A program made the translations under genes and the position numbers. A stretch of DNA of 64,000 nt. Source: Lysobacteraceae bacterium. GTDB lineage: Bacteria > Pseudomonadota > Gammaproteobacteria > Xanthomonadales > Rhodanobacteraceae. Positions 53,711 through 63,827 of this stretch are shown in pieces (position 1 is the first letter of the stretch; the number at the start of each line of letters is the position of its first letter). A model generated the notes under the pieces. That model was not told the DNA's origin and searched no databases. It saw only the letters and a list, made by a program, of their open reading frames with translations. The stretch covers positions 49,196 to 113,195 of the forward strand of contig JAGWIC010000001.1 in NCBI GenBank assembly GCA_028866435.1, given 5' to 3'.

Positions 53711-54954
53711 GCCTTCTGTACGTGGCGTTGACCATCATTCGGCCGCAGGATTACATGCCTGCGCTGGCCGGCGTGCCGCTGCTGCCGGTGGTGCTGATAC
53801 TGGCCGTGCTGGCCTGGATGTTCTCCCGTACGCGGACCTTCGACGCGCCGCAGTTCCCGCTGCTGGGGCTGTTCCTGCTGGTGGCGATGGCCTCGCTGGT
53901 CGTCAACCACTGGGTCGGTGGCGCACTGGAGGTGCTGCGGACGTTCGGCCCGATCGTGCTCATCTTCTACGTGCTGGCGGCCGGTTGCGACAGCCGCCGT
54001 CACGTGACGGTCGCCATGGCCGTGTTCGTACTGAGCGCGACGGTGCTGGCGCTGCACAGCGTGGAGCAGGCCCGCACGGGGATGGGCTGGACCGGCGCGC
54101 TGATCGGCGAGGACGGCCGTGTCCGCTATGTCGGCATATTCCACGACCCCAACGACCTCGGCCTGCTGTTCGCGGCGACGGTGCCGATGGCGTTCTTCCT
54201 GACCCGCTGGGGTGGTTTCCTGGGACGCCTGTTCTGGCTCGCGGCAGCCGTCCTGCTGCTGTACGGCATCTACCTCACCAATTCCCGCGGCGCCCTGCTG
54301 GCGGTCCTGGTGATGTTCGGCGGCTACATCTGGCATCGCCGCGGCGTGGTCACGGCCGGCGTACTGGGGGTGCTCGGCCTGACCGCGCTGAAGATGCTGT
54401 CGATGCGCATGCAGGATCTCGATCCGGACGAGTCATCCGCGTTTGGCCGGGTGGATGCCTGGTACGAAGGGATACACATGTTCTTTTCCCATCCCGTACT
54501 GGGTGTCGGGGTCGGCAACTTTACCGACTACAACCAGCTCACCGCGCACAATTCCTTCGTGCTGGTGCTGGCCGAAACCGGGTTTGTCGGCTTTACGCTG
54601 TGGCTGGCATTTGTCGGCTACGGCTTCTGGATGATGTTTGCCGTGCTGCGGCACCAGCCGGAGCTGTCCGGGCTGGCGGCGGACGACTGGCAGGCCGAGC
54701 GCAGGATGGCGTTGACGCTGCTGCTGTCGCTGTGCGGGATGTTCGCCTGCGCCTTTTTCCTGAGCCGCAGCTACACGATCATCCTGTACCTGGTCATCGC
54801 CATGGTGGTGGGCTACTACGTGGGCGCGCGCCGCCGCTGGCCGGGCCTGAAGCGGTTCCGCTGGGGTGAAAACCTGCCGTACTGGCTGCTGATCTCCGTG
54901 GTCGGCATCATCTTGCTCTACGTCATCACCACCATCCTGTTGATGGCCGCATGA
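53698..54954 (+). CDS. Wzy-like polymerase / O-antigen ligase family membrane protein
   Basis: About 11-12 TMs, GIFHDPND, TNSRGA, GVGVGNF, AHNSFV. Overlaps the upstream gene. Confidence 0.85.
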   Translation: MFTLSLLYVALTIIRPQDYMPALAGVPLLPVVLILAVLAWMFSRTRTFDAPQFPLLGLFLLVAMASLVVNHWVGGALEVLRTFGPIVLIFYVLAAGCDSRRHVTVAMAVFVLSATVLALHSVEQARTGMGWTGALIGEDGRVRYVGIFHDPNDLGLLFAATVPMAFFLTRWGGFLGRLFWLAAAVLLLYGIYLTNSRGALLAVLVMFGGYIWHRRGVVTAGVLGVLGLTALKMLSMRMQDLDPDESSAFGRVDAWYEGIHMFFSHPVLGVGVGNFTDYNQLTAHNSFVLVLAETGFVGFTLWLAFVGYGFWMMFAVLRHQPELSGLAADDWQAERRMALTLLLSLCGMFACAFFLSRSYTIILYLVIAMVVGYYVGARRRWPGLKRFRWGENLPYWLLISVVGIILLYVITTILLMAA

Positions 54955-56510
54955 ATACGCGCGCGCACGCCCTGCGGAATACCCTGTTCTCCTCGATCGG
55001 CATCTACGTCGAGTATTCGCTGGGCATGCTGGCGGCGATCCTCATCGCGCGCCACCTGGGGCCGCGGCACTACGGCGTGTACGGCCTGTTCATCTGGTTC
55101 GCCGCCATCAGCGTGGTGGCGACCAACTCGGGGATCACCACGGGCGTGATCAAGTTCATCGCGGAGCTGCGCGGTACCCACAGGGAATCGCTGATCCTGC
55201 CGGTGCTGCGCTACCTGCGGCGGATGCAGGCATGGCACCTGCTGGCGGTGATGGGTCTTGCCGCGGCGCTGTTCGTGCTGTTCGGCAAGCGCCTGGCCGC
55301 CGATCTCGAACTCAGGGAATTCGTGCTGCTGGTCCTCGCGGTCTCGATGCGGGCGCCATACATGTTCAACATCGCCATCGCCAAGGGCTTCGAAGCCTTC
55401 GATGCCACCGCGATCGTGAGCATGGTGGCCGCACCGGTCAACCTGGTCCTGGTCACCACGGCGATGTTGCTGGGTGCCACGATCTTCTGGTTCGTGGTGG
55501 TGTACACCCTGTCCAGCGCGGTGTTCCTGTGCATCTCGCACTATCAGGCCCGGCGGCTGCTGAAGCCACTCGCGGCCTCGGCCCAGGACGACGTGCCGGA
55601 CCAGCTGCAGCAGCGGGTCCGGCGCCACCTGCGCATCGTGTCCGTCACCATCATCGTCAGCTTCCTGATCGCCAGCGACGTGGAGATCCTGTTCCTCAAC
55701 CAGTTCGCCAGCGCGGCGGCGGCCGGCTACTTCAAGGTGGCCTATCAACTGGCGACCGGGGTCATGCTGCTGGTGCCGGGGGTGTTCGGCGCGTTGCTGC
55801 TGCCGATGATGGCCAAGGCGCACAGCCAGGGGCGGGAAGTGGGCGGTCGCCGGTTCGTGGCGGTTACCAGCTACCTGTTGCTGCTGGCGGCGCCGGTGGT
55901 GGCTTACGGGAGCAGCTTCTCCGGCGCGATCATCGGCCTGTTGTACGGCGCCAGCTATGCCACGTCGGCGCCGGTGTTCGCGTGGTGCCTGTTCGCCTGC
56001 GGCTTGAGTACGGTGACCCAGGGCGCCACCAGCCTGCTGGTCAGCGCGGATCGGCAGCACACCATCCTGATACTGACGGTGGCGCTTGGCGTGCTGAAGA
56101 TCGCGCTCGACGTCGCGCTGATCGCCCGCTTCGGGTTGTACGGCTCGGTGGCGGCTATCGTGACCGAATTGCTGGTGATCGCGGCCTCGTACCTGACCAT
56201 CGGCATGCGCGTCAGCGGCGTGCAGCTGCAGTGGCTGCGCCTGTTGCGCATCGTGCTGGCGGCGGCGCTGGCGGCCGCCGCCGCGGCGCTGGTGAATGCG
56301 CTGCACCTGGCGCCGTTGCTGACGTTGCTGCTCGGCGGCATCGTGCTGGGCGTGGTCTACCTGTCGCTGACCTTGTTGATGCAATGCTGGACGCGTGCGG
56401 ACATCGAGCAGTTCCAGGGCCTGCATCGCCGGTTCGCGGCGGGCCGGCCGCTGCTGTTCGGTCGTCTGTTGAACTGGGCCGAAGCGCGGGCGGAGGCAAT
56501 CGACTCATGA
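54951..56510 (+). CDS. wzx: Wzx-like oligosaccharide flippase
   Basis: IARHLGP..YG, AGYFKVAYQL, about 12-14 TMs. ATGA coupling on both sides. Confidence 0.88.
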   Translation: MNTRAHALRNTLFSSIGIYVEYSLGMLAAILIARHLGPRHYGVYGLFIWFAAISVVATNSGITTGVIKFIAELRGTHRESLILPVLRYLRRMQAWHLLAVMGLAAALFVLFGKRLAADLELREFVLLVLAVSMRAPYMFNIAIAKGFEAFDATAIVSMVAAPVNLVLVTTAMLLGATIFWFVVVYTLSSAVFLCISHYQARRLLKPLAASAQDDVPDQLQQRVRRHLRIVSVTIIVSFLIASDVEILFLNQFASAAAAGYFKVAYQLATGVMLLVPGVFGALLLPMMAKAHSQGREVGGRRFVAVTSYLLLLAAPVVAYGSSFSGAIIGLLYGASYATSAPVFAWCLFACGLSTVTQGATSLLVSADRQHTILILTVALGVLKIALDVALIARFGLYGSVAAIVTELLVIAASYLTIGMRVSGVQLQWLRLLRIVLAAALAAAAAALVNALHLAPLLTLLLGGIVLGVVYLSLTLLMQCWTRADIEQFQGLHRRFAAGRPLLFGRLLNWAEARAEAIDS

Positions 56511-57889
56511 CATCGAACTGGTATGAGGCGGCGTTCCGCCACGTGCTGTATCCCGCCTGGGAAACCGGCCTGCGGCGACGCCACACGCTGGCCTGGCTGC
56601 AGGAATACCAGCGCGACCAGTGGCTGAGCCCGGAACGGATCGCCGCGCTGCAGTGGCAACGCCTGAAACGGCTGCTCGAGCATTGCGAGCGCGAGGTTCC
56701 CTACTACCAGCGTCGCTGGCGGGAACTGGGCATCGCCGTGGCGGACGTACGCAACCTGGACGACTACGCCAGGTTGCCGGTATTGACCAAGGCGGACATC
56801 CGCGAGAATTTTGACGAGCTGAAGGCCGCTTCCTGCCGCGGTCAGCTGCTGTACAAGGCCACGGGCGGCTCCACCGGCGAGCCCTTGCGCTTCGGCTACA
56901 CGCGCGAGAGCAACGATCGGCGCACGGCGGTGATGTGGCGCGGCTACGGCTGGGCCGGCTCGCGCATGGGGCGGCGAACGCTGTTCCTGTGGGGCGGCGC
57001 GGTGGGCGACCCGTCGCGGGCGCATCGGCTCAAGGAGCGCCTGTACCACGCCGCGTTCGCCCGGCGCGTATTGAACAGCTTCGACATGAGCGAGGCCAAC
57101 ATGGCCGACTTCGCCGACGCGATCGACCGCTACCGGCCGGAAGTGATCGTCGGCTATGTCGGCCCGCTGGTTCGGCTGGCGCAATGGCTGACCGCCACCG
57201 GCCGCCAGGTGGCGCGTCCGCAAAGCATCATCGGCGCGGCCGAGGCCCTGCACGAATTTCAACGGCAGATCATCGAGCGCGCGTTCGGCTGCAAGGCGTT
57301 CAACACCTATGGCTGTCGCGAGTTCATGCTGATTGCCGCCGAGTGCGAGCAACGCCAGGGGCTGCATGTGAATGCGGACCATCTGGTGGTGGAGTTGCAA
57401 CGACCCGCCGGTGCCGCCGCGGGGCAGGCCGGCGAGGTGACCATCACCGACCTGTTCAACTACGGCATGCCCTTCGTGCGCTACGTCAACGGCGACCTGG
57501 CGACGGCCGCTACCCAGCCGTGCGGCTGTGGCCGCGGCCTGCCCCTGCTGCAGCGGGTCGAGGGGCGCTCGCTGGATGCGCTGCGCACCCCCGCGGGGCA
57601 TATCCTGCCGGGGGAATTCTTTCCGCACATGCTCAAGGACGTTCCGGGGGTGCTGCGTTTCCAGGTGGTGCAGCGGCAGCTGGACCGGCTCGACCTGGCG
57701 CTGGTGCGGGGCGCCGGGTTCGACGAGTCCTCGCTTGCCTATATCCGTCGCGAGGTCGCCAAGGTGGTCGGCGAAAGCGTGCAATTGCACTGCCACTTCG
57801 TCGACGACATCGCGCTGACGCCGAGTGGAAAGCTGCGCGTGACCGTCTGCGAACTGCCCGCCGCGCCACCGCCCCCGCCTGCCGCATGA
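56507..57889 (+). CDS. CapK / phenylacetate-CoA-ligase-like adenylate-forming enzyme
   Basis: VPYY, LPVLTK, TGGSTGEP, YGCRE, PFVRYVNGD, SGKLR. Confidence 0.85.
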   Translation: MTSNWYEAAFRHVLYPAWETGLRRRHTLAWLQEYQRDQWLSPERIAALQWQRLKRLLEHCEREVPYYQRRWRELGIAVADVRNLDDYARLPVLTKADIRENFDELKAASCRGQLLYKATGGSTGEPLRFGYTRESNDRRTAVMWRGYGWAGSRMGRRTLFLWGGAVGDPSRAHRLKERLYHAAFARRVLNSFDMSEANMADFADAIDRYRPEVIVGYVGPLVRLAQWLTATGRQVARPQSIIGAAEALHEFQRQIIERAFGCKAFNTYGCREFMLIAAECEQRQGLHVNADHLVVELQRPAGAAAGQAGEVTITDLFNYGMPFVRYVNGDLATAATQPCGCGRGLPLLQRVEGRSLDALRTPAGHILPGEFFPHMLKDVPGVLRFQVVQRQLDRLDLALVRGAGFDESSLAYIRREVAKVVGESVQLHCHFVDDIALTPSGKLRVTVCELPAAPPPPPAA

Positions 57890-59007
57890 AGATCACCCAC
57901 GTCGTCGAAAACCTCAATCGTGGCGGGCTTGAGCGCATGGTGATCGACCTGGTCACCCTGCAGCAGCGGCAGGGCCATCAATGCCAGGTATTGTGCGTGT
58001 TCGAAGCGGGTTCGCTGGCGCCGGAGCTGGCCACCGCCGGGGTCGCGGTGCATGCCTGCGGCAAGCGCCGGGGACTCGACCTGCGTGCCCTGGCGCGCCT
58101 ACGGCAGCGGCTGCGCGGGCACGCCACCGAGGTGCTGCATACGCATAACGCGGTAGCGCATTACCAGTCGCTGCTGGCCAGCGCCGGCCTCGGCATCGCG
58201 CGGGTGGTCAACACCCGTCATGGCATGGGCGCGAACCGGCGCTCGGCACGGCGCGAGTGGCTGTACCGGCGCGCGCTGGCCGGTACCGACGTGGTGGCCA
58301 CGGTCTGCGAGGCGGCCCGCCTCGACGCCGTGCGGCGCGGCATCGTGCCGGCGGCGCAGGCGATGGTCGTGCCCAATGGCATCCGCGTGCAGGCCTTCCA
58401 GCCCGCATCGCAGGAATCCCGCGCCAGGCTGCGGTTGGCGCTGGGCCTGTCCGCCCAGGCCTGTGTCATCGGCAGTGTCGGCCGGCTGAACTGGGCCAAG
58501 GACCAGGCCGGCCTGATCCGCGCCTTCGCCATCGTGCGGCGGCGGTGGCCGGCGGCCGTGCTGGTGCTGGTCGGCGATGGCCCGTTGCGCTCCGAGCTGC
58601 AGCAGTGCGCGCAGGCCGAGGCGCTGGGCGAACACGTGCGGTTCCTCGGCGATCGCGGCGACGTGCATGAGCTGTTGCGCGGGTTCGACCTGTTCGCCCT
58701 GTCCTCGCTCAGCGAGGGTTACTCGATGGCCTTGCTGGAAGCCTGCGCCACGGCGCTGCCGATCGTCGCCACGGCCGTCGGCGGCAACGGCGAGATCGTG
58801 CGCGACGGCATCAATGGCCGGTTGGTGCCGGCGGGCGATCCGCCGGCGCTGGCCGCGGCGCTGGACGAACTGCTGCGCGAGCCGGTACGGGCGGCGGCAC
58901 TGGGCGAGGCGGCGCGCGCATGGGTCGTTGCCGAGGGTTCGCTGGAAGCCATGGCGGCAAGGTATGCCCGGCTCTATCGTCCCGCCGCCGGCGCAACCGG
59001 GCCATGA
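57886..59007 (+). CDS. GT4 family glycosyltransferase
   Basis: GGLER, HTH, VPNGI, VGRL, EGYSMALLEA (E-x7-E). Confidence 0.9.
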   Translation: MKITHVVENLNRGGLERMVIDLVTLQQRQGHQCQVLCVFEAGSLAPELATAGVAVHACGKRRGLDLRALARLRQRLRGHATEVLHTHNAVAHYQSLLASAGLGIARVVNTRHGMGANRRSARREWLYRRALAGTDVVATVCEAARLDAVRRGIVPAAQAMVVPNGIRVQAFQPASQESRARLRLALGLSAQACVIGSVGRLNWAKDQAGLIRAFAIVRRRWPAAVLVLVGDGPLRSELQQCAQAEALGEHVRFLGDRGDVHELLRGFDLFALSSLSEGYSMALLEACATALPIVATAVGGNGEIVRDGINGRLVPAGDPPALAAALDELLREPVRAAALGEAARAWVVAEGSLEAMAARYARLYRPAAGATGP

Positions 59008-60152
59008 AACTGCTGGTGCTGACCAACCTGTTTCCCACCCCATGGGATCCGCTGCGCGGCGCCTTCAACCGCCAGCAGTTCGAACGGCTGGGCCGGCGCC
59101 ACGAGGTGCATGTGCTGACCGCGGTGGATTTTCGCGAGCGCTTGCGCCCCGCGCGAGGCCCGGTCGAGGTGCCCGGCCTGCGCACCGGTCATTTCGTGTT
59201 CGTGTTCCCGCCGGGGATCGGTTCGCTGCATGCGGGCTGCTGGTTCATATCGCTGCTGCTGCAGCACGGCCGTCGCCTGCGCGCCGAAAAATACGACGCC
59301 ATACTGGCCAGTTGGGCCTGTCCGGATGCCGTCGCGGCGGGCTGGCTGGCTCGCCGGCTGGGCATCCCGTATGTGGTCAAGGTGCATGGCAGCGACCTGA
59401 ATGTGATGGCCGAGGACAGGCTGCGGCGGCCACAGATCCGTTCCGCCCTGCGCCACGCGGGCGCGGTGGTGGCGGTGAGTCGGGCGCTGGCCGACAAGGC
59501 GGTGGCGATCGGCGCCGATCCGGCCCGGGTGCACACCGTCTACAACGGTGTCGACGAACAGCGCTTCGCACCGGGTTCGCAGCAGGCGGCGCGGCAAAGC
59601 CTGCAGTTGCCGGCCGACCAGCCGCTGCTGCTCTATGTCGGCAACCTCAAGCGGAGCAAGGGCTGCATCGACCTGCTCCAGGCCTTTCCCGCCCTGCTTG
59701 CGCGCCAGCCGCATGCGCGCCTGCTGTATGTGGGGGCCGGAGCTTGCCGGGACGAGCTGCTGCAGCTCGCCGCTGCGCTGGGTTGCGCCGATCGGGTCGA
59801 ACTGCTCGGTGCCGTGGCGCACGCGCAACTGGGCGACTGGTTCCGCGCGGCCGACCTGTTGTGCCTGCCCAGCCACAACGAAGGTGTGCCGAACGTGGTG
59901 CTGGAGGCCATGGCCTGCGGCACGCCGGTGGTGGCCAGCCGGGTCGGCGGCATCCCCGAAGTGCTGCCGGCATTCGCCGGCATCCTGGTGCCGGCACGCC
60001 AACCCGCGGCCCTGTCGGCGGCCCTGGTCGAAGCCACCGCACGCCATTGGGAACGCGAGCGCATCGTCGAGCACGCGCGCGGGTTCCGCTGGAGCGACAA
60101 CATCGACCGGCTGGAACACATCCTGCAGGCCGTGGTCGCCGGCAGGGATTAG
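59004..60152 (+). CDS. GT4 family glycosyltransferase (TuaC-like)
   Basis: HGSDL, YNGVD, EGVPNVVLEAMACGTPVV. Confidence 0.9.
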   Translation: MKLLVLTNLFPTPWDPLRGAFNRQQFERLGRRHEVHVLTAVDFRERLRPARGPVEVPGLRTGHFVFVFPPGIGSLHAGCWFISLLLQHGRRLRAEKYDAILASWACPDAVAAGWLARRLGIPYVVKVHGSDLNVMAEDRLRRPQIRSALRHAGAVVAVSRALADKAVAIGADPARVHTVYNGVDEQRFAPGSQQAARQSLQLPADQPLLLYVGNLKRSKGCIDLLQAFPALLARQPHARLLYVGAGACRDELLQLAAALGCADRVELLGAVAHAQLGDWFRAADLLCLPSHNEGVPNVVLEAMACGTPVVASRVGGIPEVLPAFAGILVPARQPAALSAALVEATARHWERERIVEHARGFRWSDNIDRLEHILQAVVAGRD

Positions 60153-60177
60153 TTTTCCGCGGCCTGCAGCATGATGG

Positions 60178-62274
60178 TCACGGGCCGGTCTTGCCCGGTT
60201 CCGCGCCGGTCCCGGCGGCGAACATGCCGTCGAGCCCGCGCTGCACCCCGACCCGGGGCTCCCAGCCCAGGCGGCTGCGCGCGGAGGCGATGTCGAAGTT
60301 GGCGAGCGGGCGCAGCGAGCGCACCCGGTAGCGGGTCAGCGGCACGCTGCGGCCGAGCAGCTTGCCCAGCCATTCGACGCCCGAGGCAAGCAGCATGAAC
60401 ACGCCGGTGGGCAGCCGCAGCAGCTTCAGCTCGCCGCCGAGCTTGCGTTTCACGCCCGCCAGGTAGTCGCCCTGGGTCACGATTTGCGGATCGACCAGGT
60501 TGAAGGTCCCGCCGAGCGCGGCGGGGGCCTCGGCCGCCAGCAGCAGGGCGTCGACCACGTCGTCGACGTAGACCAAAGGCAGCGTCTGCGTTGCCGGGCC
60601 GACCGCGATCCAGCGCCCGGCAAGCGCCAGCGTGCCGTTCGGGGTCACCCGTTCCGCGCCCGGCCCGACGATCTGGCCCGGGCGCAGGATCACCGCCGGC
60701 AGGCCGCGCTCGCGGATCGCGGTGGACACCATGTGCTCCGCGGTGAGCTTGGTCTGCGTGTAGGCGCCGCGCCGTTCGGGGTGGGGCTCGAAGCGCGATT
60801 CCTCGCGGACGGGAACGGACGGGTCGCGACCGGCATGGTCCAGCACGCTGAGCGAGCTGACATAGACCAGTCGCCGGACGCCGTGCTTGAGGCAGGCGTC
60901 CACGACGTTGCGCGTGCCCCACACGGTGCCCGCCTCGAAGTCGCCCGGCCCGCCGCGCATCGCCGCGCCGACGTGGTAGACGATGCCTGCACCGTCGACG
61001 GCATGGTCGACGATCCGCGGGTCGCCCAGGTCGCCAACCACCACCTGCATGCCCGCCGTCGTGGCGGCAACCGGGTCGGGGCGGCGAACCAGCACGCGCA
61101 CGGTCTGCCCGCGCGCGCGCAGGGCCGCCACCAGCGCGCGACCGAGGAATCCCGCCGCGCCGGTCACCAGCGCATCGACGGGTTCGAGTGCGGTGATGCG
61201 CGCATCCAGCTCGTCGCGGCGTTGCCGATCCGCCTGCGCGCACACCGCTTCCATCAGCGCGACGGGGCGGCGGCCTTCGGCGGGGCCGACCGGTGGCGGC
61301 TGCCGCTCATGCAGGGCGCGCGCGAATGCCTCCGCGCCGTGCTGGATGCCGGGCGATGGCCGCAGGCGGCCGGTCGCGAAGCGCAGCACGTTCCATGGGA
61401 CCCGGAAGATGTCCCGCAGTGCGTTGCCGAAGGCGCCGAGCACGATGCCGATGAACTTCGGCCCCGGCAGCACGCGCCGTACCCGGCAGATCTGCAGGAA
61501 GCGGTCGACCTCGATGACGCCGCGCGTGCCGTGCACGATCAGGCGGTTCTGCATCGGCCGCACGTTCCACGACAGCAGCAGCCGGCCGATGCCGTTGGCG
61601 CATTGCGCCCGGGCATCCCATTCGTCGAATTTCAGGTTGGGCTTCGTGCCGCTGGCGCGATAGTGGACGTCGAGCCGGTCGATCGCGCCGAGGAACGATT
61701 CCAGGATGTACAGGCCATGCACGCCGAGGTCGCGAAACGGGTACGAGCCCTGCTTGACCATGCCGGGCAGGGGGCCGCCCGCATAGGGCGGGTAGTCGGA
61801 ACTGCGCAGCACGTCGACGGCAACGACATCGCCGATCTTGCCCGCCTTCACCAGCGCCAGCGCCTGCATGATCACCGGATCGAAGTGATCGGAATGATCG
61901 ACCGACAGCACCAGCCCCTTGTCGCGTGCCTTGCCGATCATCGCATCGCACTCGGCGACCGAGTCGGCCATCGGCTTTTCGACAAAGACGTGGCAACCCA
62001 TGTCGAGCGCCTGCAGCGACAGCGCGCAGTGGCTTGCCGGTGGCGTGAGCACGTACACCGCATCCGGCCGCTGGCTGGCCAGCGCGGCAAGGTCGGCCGT
62101 GACTAAGCCGATGCCGAAAGCCTTGGCCAGCGCCTGCGCGGCGGCCTGGTCGAGGTCGCAGATGCCGACGATCTCGACAAACTCGAGCCGGCGCAGCGCC
62201 GCGATGTGGTAGCGGGCGACGTATCCGGCGCCGACGATGGCGATGCGAAGCTTCCCTGGCGTACTGGCGTTCAT
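60178..62274 (-). CDS. Fused Gfo/Idh/MocA oxidoreductase plus extended SDR (NAD-dependent epimerase/dehydratase)
   Basis: N-terminal half: IVGAG, VEKPM, DLGVH. C-terminal half: VTGAAGFLG, VSS, YTQTK (YxxxK), LRPG. Confidence 0.85.
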   Translation of the reverse strand: MNASTPGKLRIAIVGAGYVARYHIAALRRLEFVEIVGICDLDQAAAQALAKAFGIGLVTADLAALASQRPDAVYVLTPPASHCALSLQALDMGCHVFVEKPMADSVAECDAMIGKARDKGLVLSVDHSDHFDPVIMQALALVKAGKIGDVVAVDVLRSSDYPPYAGGPLPGMVKQGSYPFRDLGVHGLYILESFLGAIDRLDVHYRASGTKPNLKFDEWDARAQCANGIGRLLLSWNVRPMQNRLIVHGTRGVIEVDRFLQICRVRRVLPGPKFIGIVLGAFGNALRDIFRVPWNVLRFATGRLRPSPGIQHGAEAFARALHERQPPPVGPAEGRRPVALMEAVCAQADRQRRDELDARITALEPVDALVTGAAGFLGRALVAALRARGQTVRVLVRRPDPVAATTAGMQVVVGDLGDPRIVDHAVDGAGIVYHVGAAMRGGPGDFEAGTVWGTRNVVDACLKHGVRRLVYVSSLSVLDHAGRDPSVPVREESRFEPHPERRGAYTQTKLTAEHMVSTAIRERGLPAVILRPGQIVGPGAERVTPNGTLALAGRWIAVGPATQTLPLVYVDDVVDALLLAAEAPAALGGTFNLVDPQIVTQGDYLAGVKRKLGGELKLLRLPTGVFMLLASGVEWLGKLLGRSVPLTRYRVRSLRPLANFDIASARSRLGWEPRVGVQRGLDGMFAAGTGAEPGKTGP

Positions 62275-62299
62275 CCTGTCCCCTGTCCCGCACGATGAT

Positions 62300-63547
62300 T
62301 CATGGCTGAATTCTTGCCAGCGCCGATGATACTTCCCCCAGCACCTCGGTGACCCGGTTGTCCCAGGTCTGGTCCGCCACCGACGCCATCCGCGCGGTCG
62401 CGGCGGCGGCGGAATCGCTGCCCAAGGCGCGCTCGATCCCGCTGAGGAAAGCCTCGCGGCCCTCGGCAATCTCGATCCAGCGCGAAAACTTGTTGATCTC
62501 CGGGTGGCCCACGCTGACCACCGGCTTGCCGGTGGCCAGGTACTCGCGCAGTTTCAGCGGGTTGGCGTTCTCGACCTGGCGATTGTGGCGATACGGGATG
62601 ATGGCGACATCGAATGCCTTGGCCCACGATGGCAGCTCCGCATAGGGTTGCGCGCCGACGAGGACGACGTTGGCCAGCGCCTGCAGCCGGGATACGTTCA
62701 CCGCGGCATGTCCCACCAGCAGGAACGTCCACTGCGGCCGCGCCCGGGCCAGCCACTCGATCAGTTCCAGGTCGATCCATGCGTGGATCGACCCGAAGTA
62801 GCCGACCACGGGATGGGTCAGCCCCCGCGCGGCGGCGGCAACCATGGTGTCGGGGGCCATCGCCCTGGCGAACAGCGACACGTCCACGCCGTGCGGCGAG
62901 AACCGCGTATGGGCGTTGATTGCCTGCTTGGCGCCGAGCAGTGCCGGCGGCGCGACGAACACCAGGTCGGCGCGCCGGGTCAGCTCGCGGTCGCGCGTGG
63001 CGATCAGTTCGGTGTCGACACCGGGGTGCGCGGCATAGTCGTCGATGCAGTAGTAGACGCACAGCCGCTCGCCGAGGCGATGGGCGAGAAAGCCGGGGTG
63101 CGGCACGACGAACCAGGAAATCGGCTTGATATCGCCAAGAACCCGCATGGCACGGCGCACCGCCCACCGGCCGAAGGCGCGGTTCGCCCATTCAACCCCC
63201 GGCACTCGCCGAAACGGCAATTGCGGCACGGTGCAAAGCCACAGATTGGGCCTGATCAGCGCCGGTGCGCGCAGCGTCGCGCGGATCTTGCGCCAGGCGC
63301 GCCGGAGGTCCCGTCCGCTGGCCTGGGGCGAGCGCAGGCCAGGCGAATCGACATAAAGCACCGGCAGCACCGCCGCCAGACGCTCCGCCACGTGGTGGCT
63401 GCTGGTGCGGTTCTCCGCGTGCCAGCTGTTGCCGAAGTACACCACCCCGTGGCCGTTCAGCACAAAGTCCTCGCCGGAGCCGGTCCGGGTGCGTGGCGCG
63501 CGATCCGCAACAACTTGCGATGTCCGGGCGAAAATCTCATTCGTCAT
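62300..63547 (-). CDS. GT-B glycosyltransferase (GT4/TuaH-like)
   Basis: YYCIDD, SPHGVD, GYFGSI, NPLKLREYLATGKPVV. Confidence 0.85.
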   Translation of the reverse strand: MTNEIFARTSQVVADRAPRTRTGSGEDFVLNGHGVVYFGNSWHAENRTSSHHVAERLAAVLPVLYVDSPGLRSPQASGRDLRRAWRKIRATLRAPALIRPNLWLCTVPQLPFRRVPGVEWANRAFGRWAVRRAMRVLGDIKPISWFVVPHPGFLAHRLGERLCVYYCIDDYAAHPGVDTELIATRDRELTRRADLVFVAPPALLGAKQAINAHTRFSPHGVDVSLFARAMAPDTMVAAAARGLTHPVVGYFGSIHAWIDLELIEWLARARPQWTFLLVGHAAVNVSRLQALANVVLVGAQPYAELPSWAKAFDVAIIPYRHNRQVENANPLKLREYLATGKPVVSVGHPEINKFSRWIEIAEGREAFLSGIERALGSDSAAAATARMASVADQTWDNRVTEVLGEVSSALARIQP

Positions 63548-63827
63548 AGTCCCTTCATCCATGCCCCGTCCGAAGCGGTTACCCTGCCACGAGCCGATGT
63601 CGAGGACGAGCCTTCATGGCGGCCATCGGGGCAGGCGCGGAGGAGGCGGTGACCCTTGCATGAAATATTGCCGGCCGGTTCCCCGTTTATCATCGGCTGT
63701 GCATTGCTTTCAAACGACGATAGAGTAACGAACGATTATTGTCATCGACCGCGGTCCGCGGGCAGGTCCGTGCGGATGCCTCGCCACCCCATCCACTGTG
63801 CCACTGTCACTCAAGCGGATCGCCTGC

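Noticed and set aside
55232-59007. ORF-track lengths of 885 aa and 690 aa suggesting fusion proteins
   Set aside because: The N-terminal extensions overlap wzx and capK in other frames. The real starts are the ATGA-coupled codons at 56507 and 57886.
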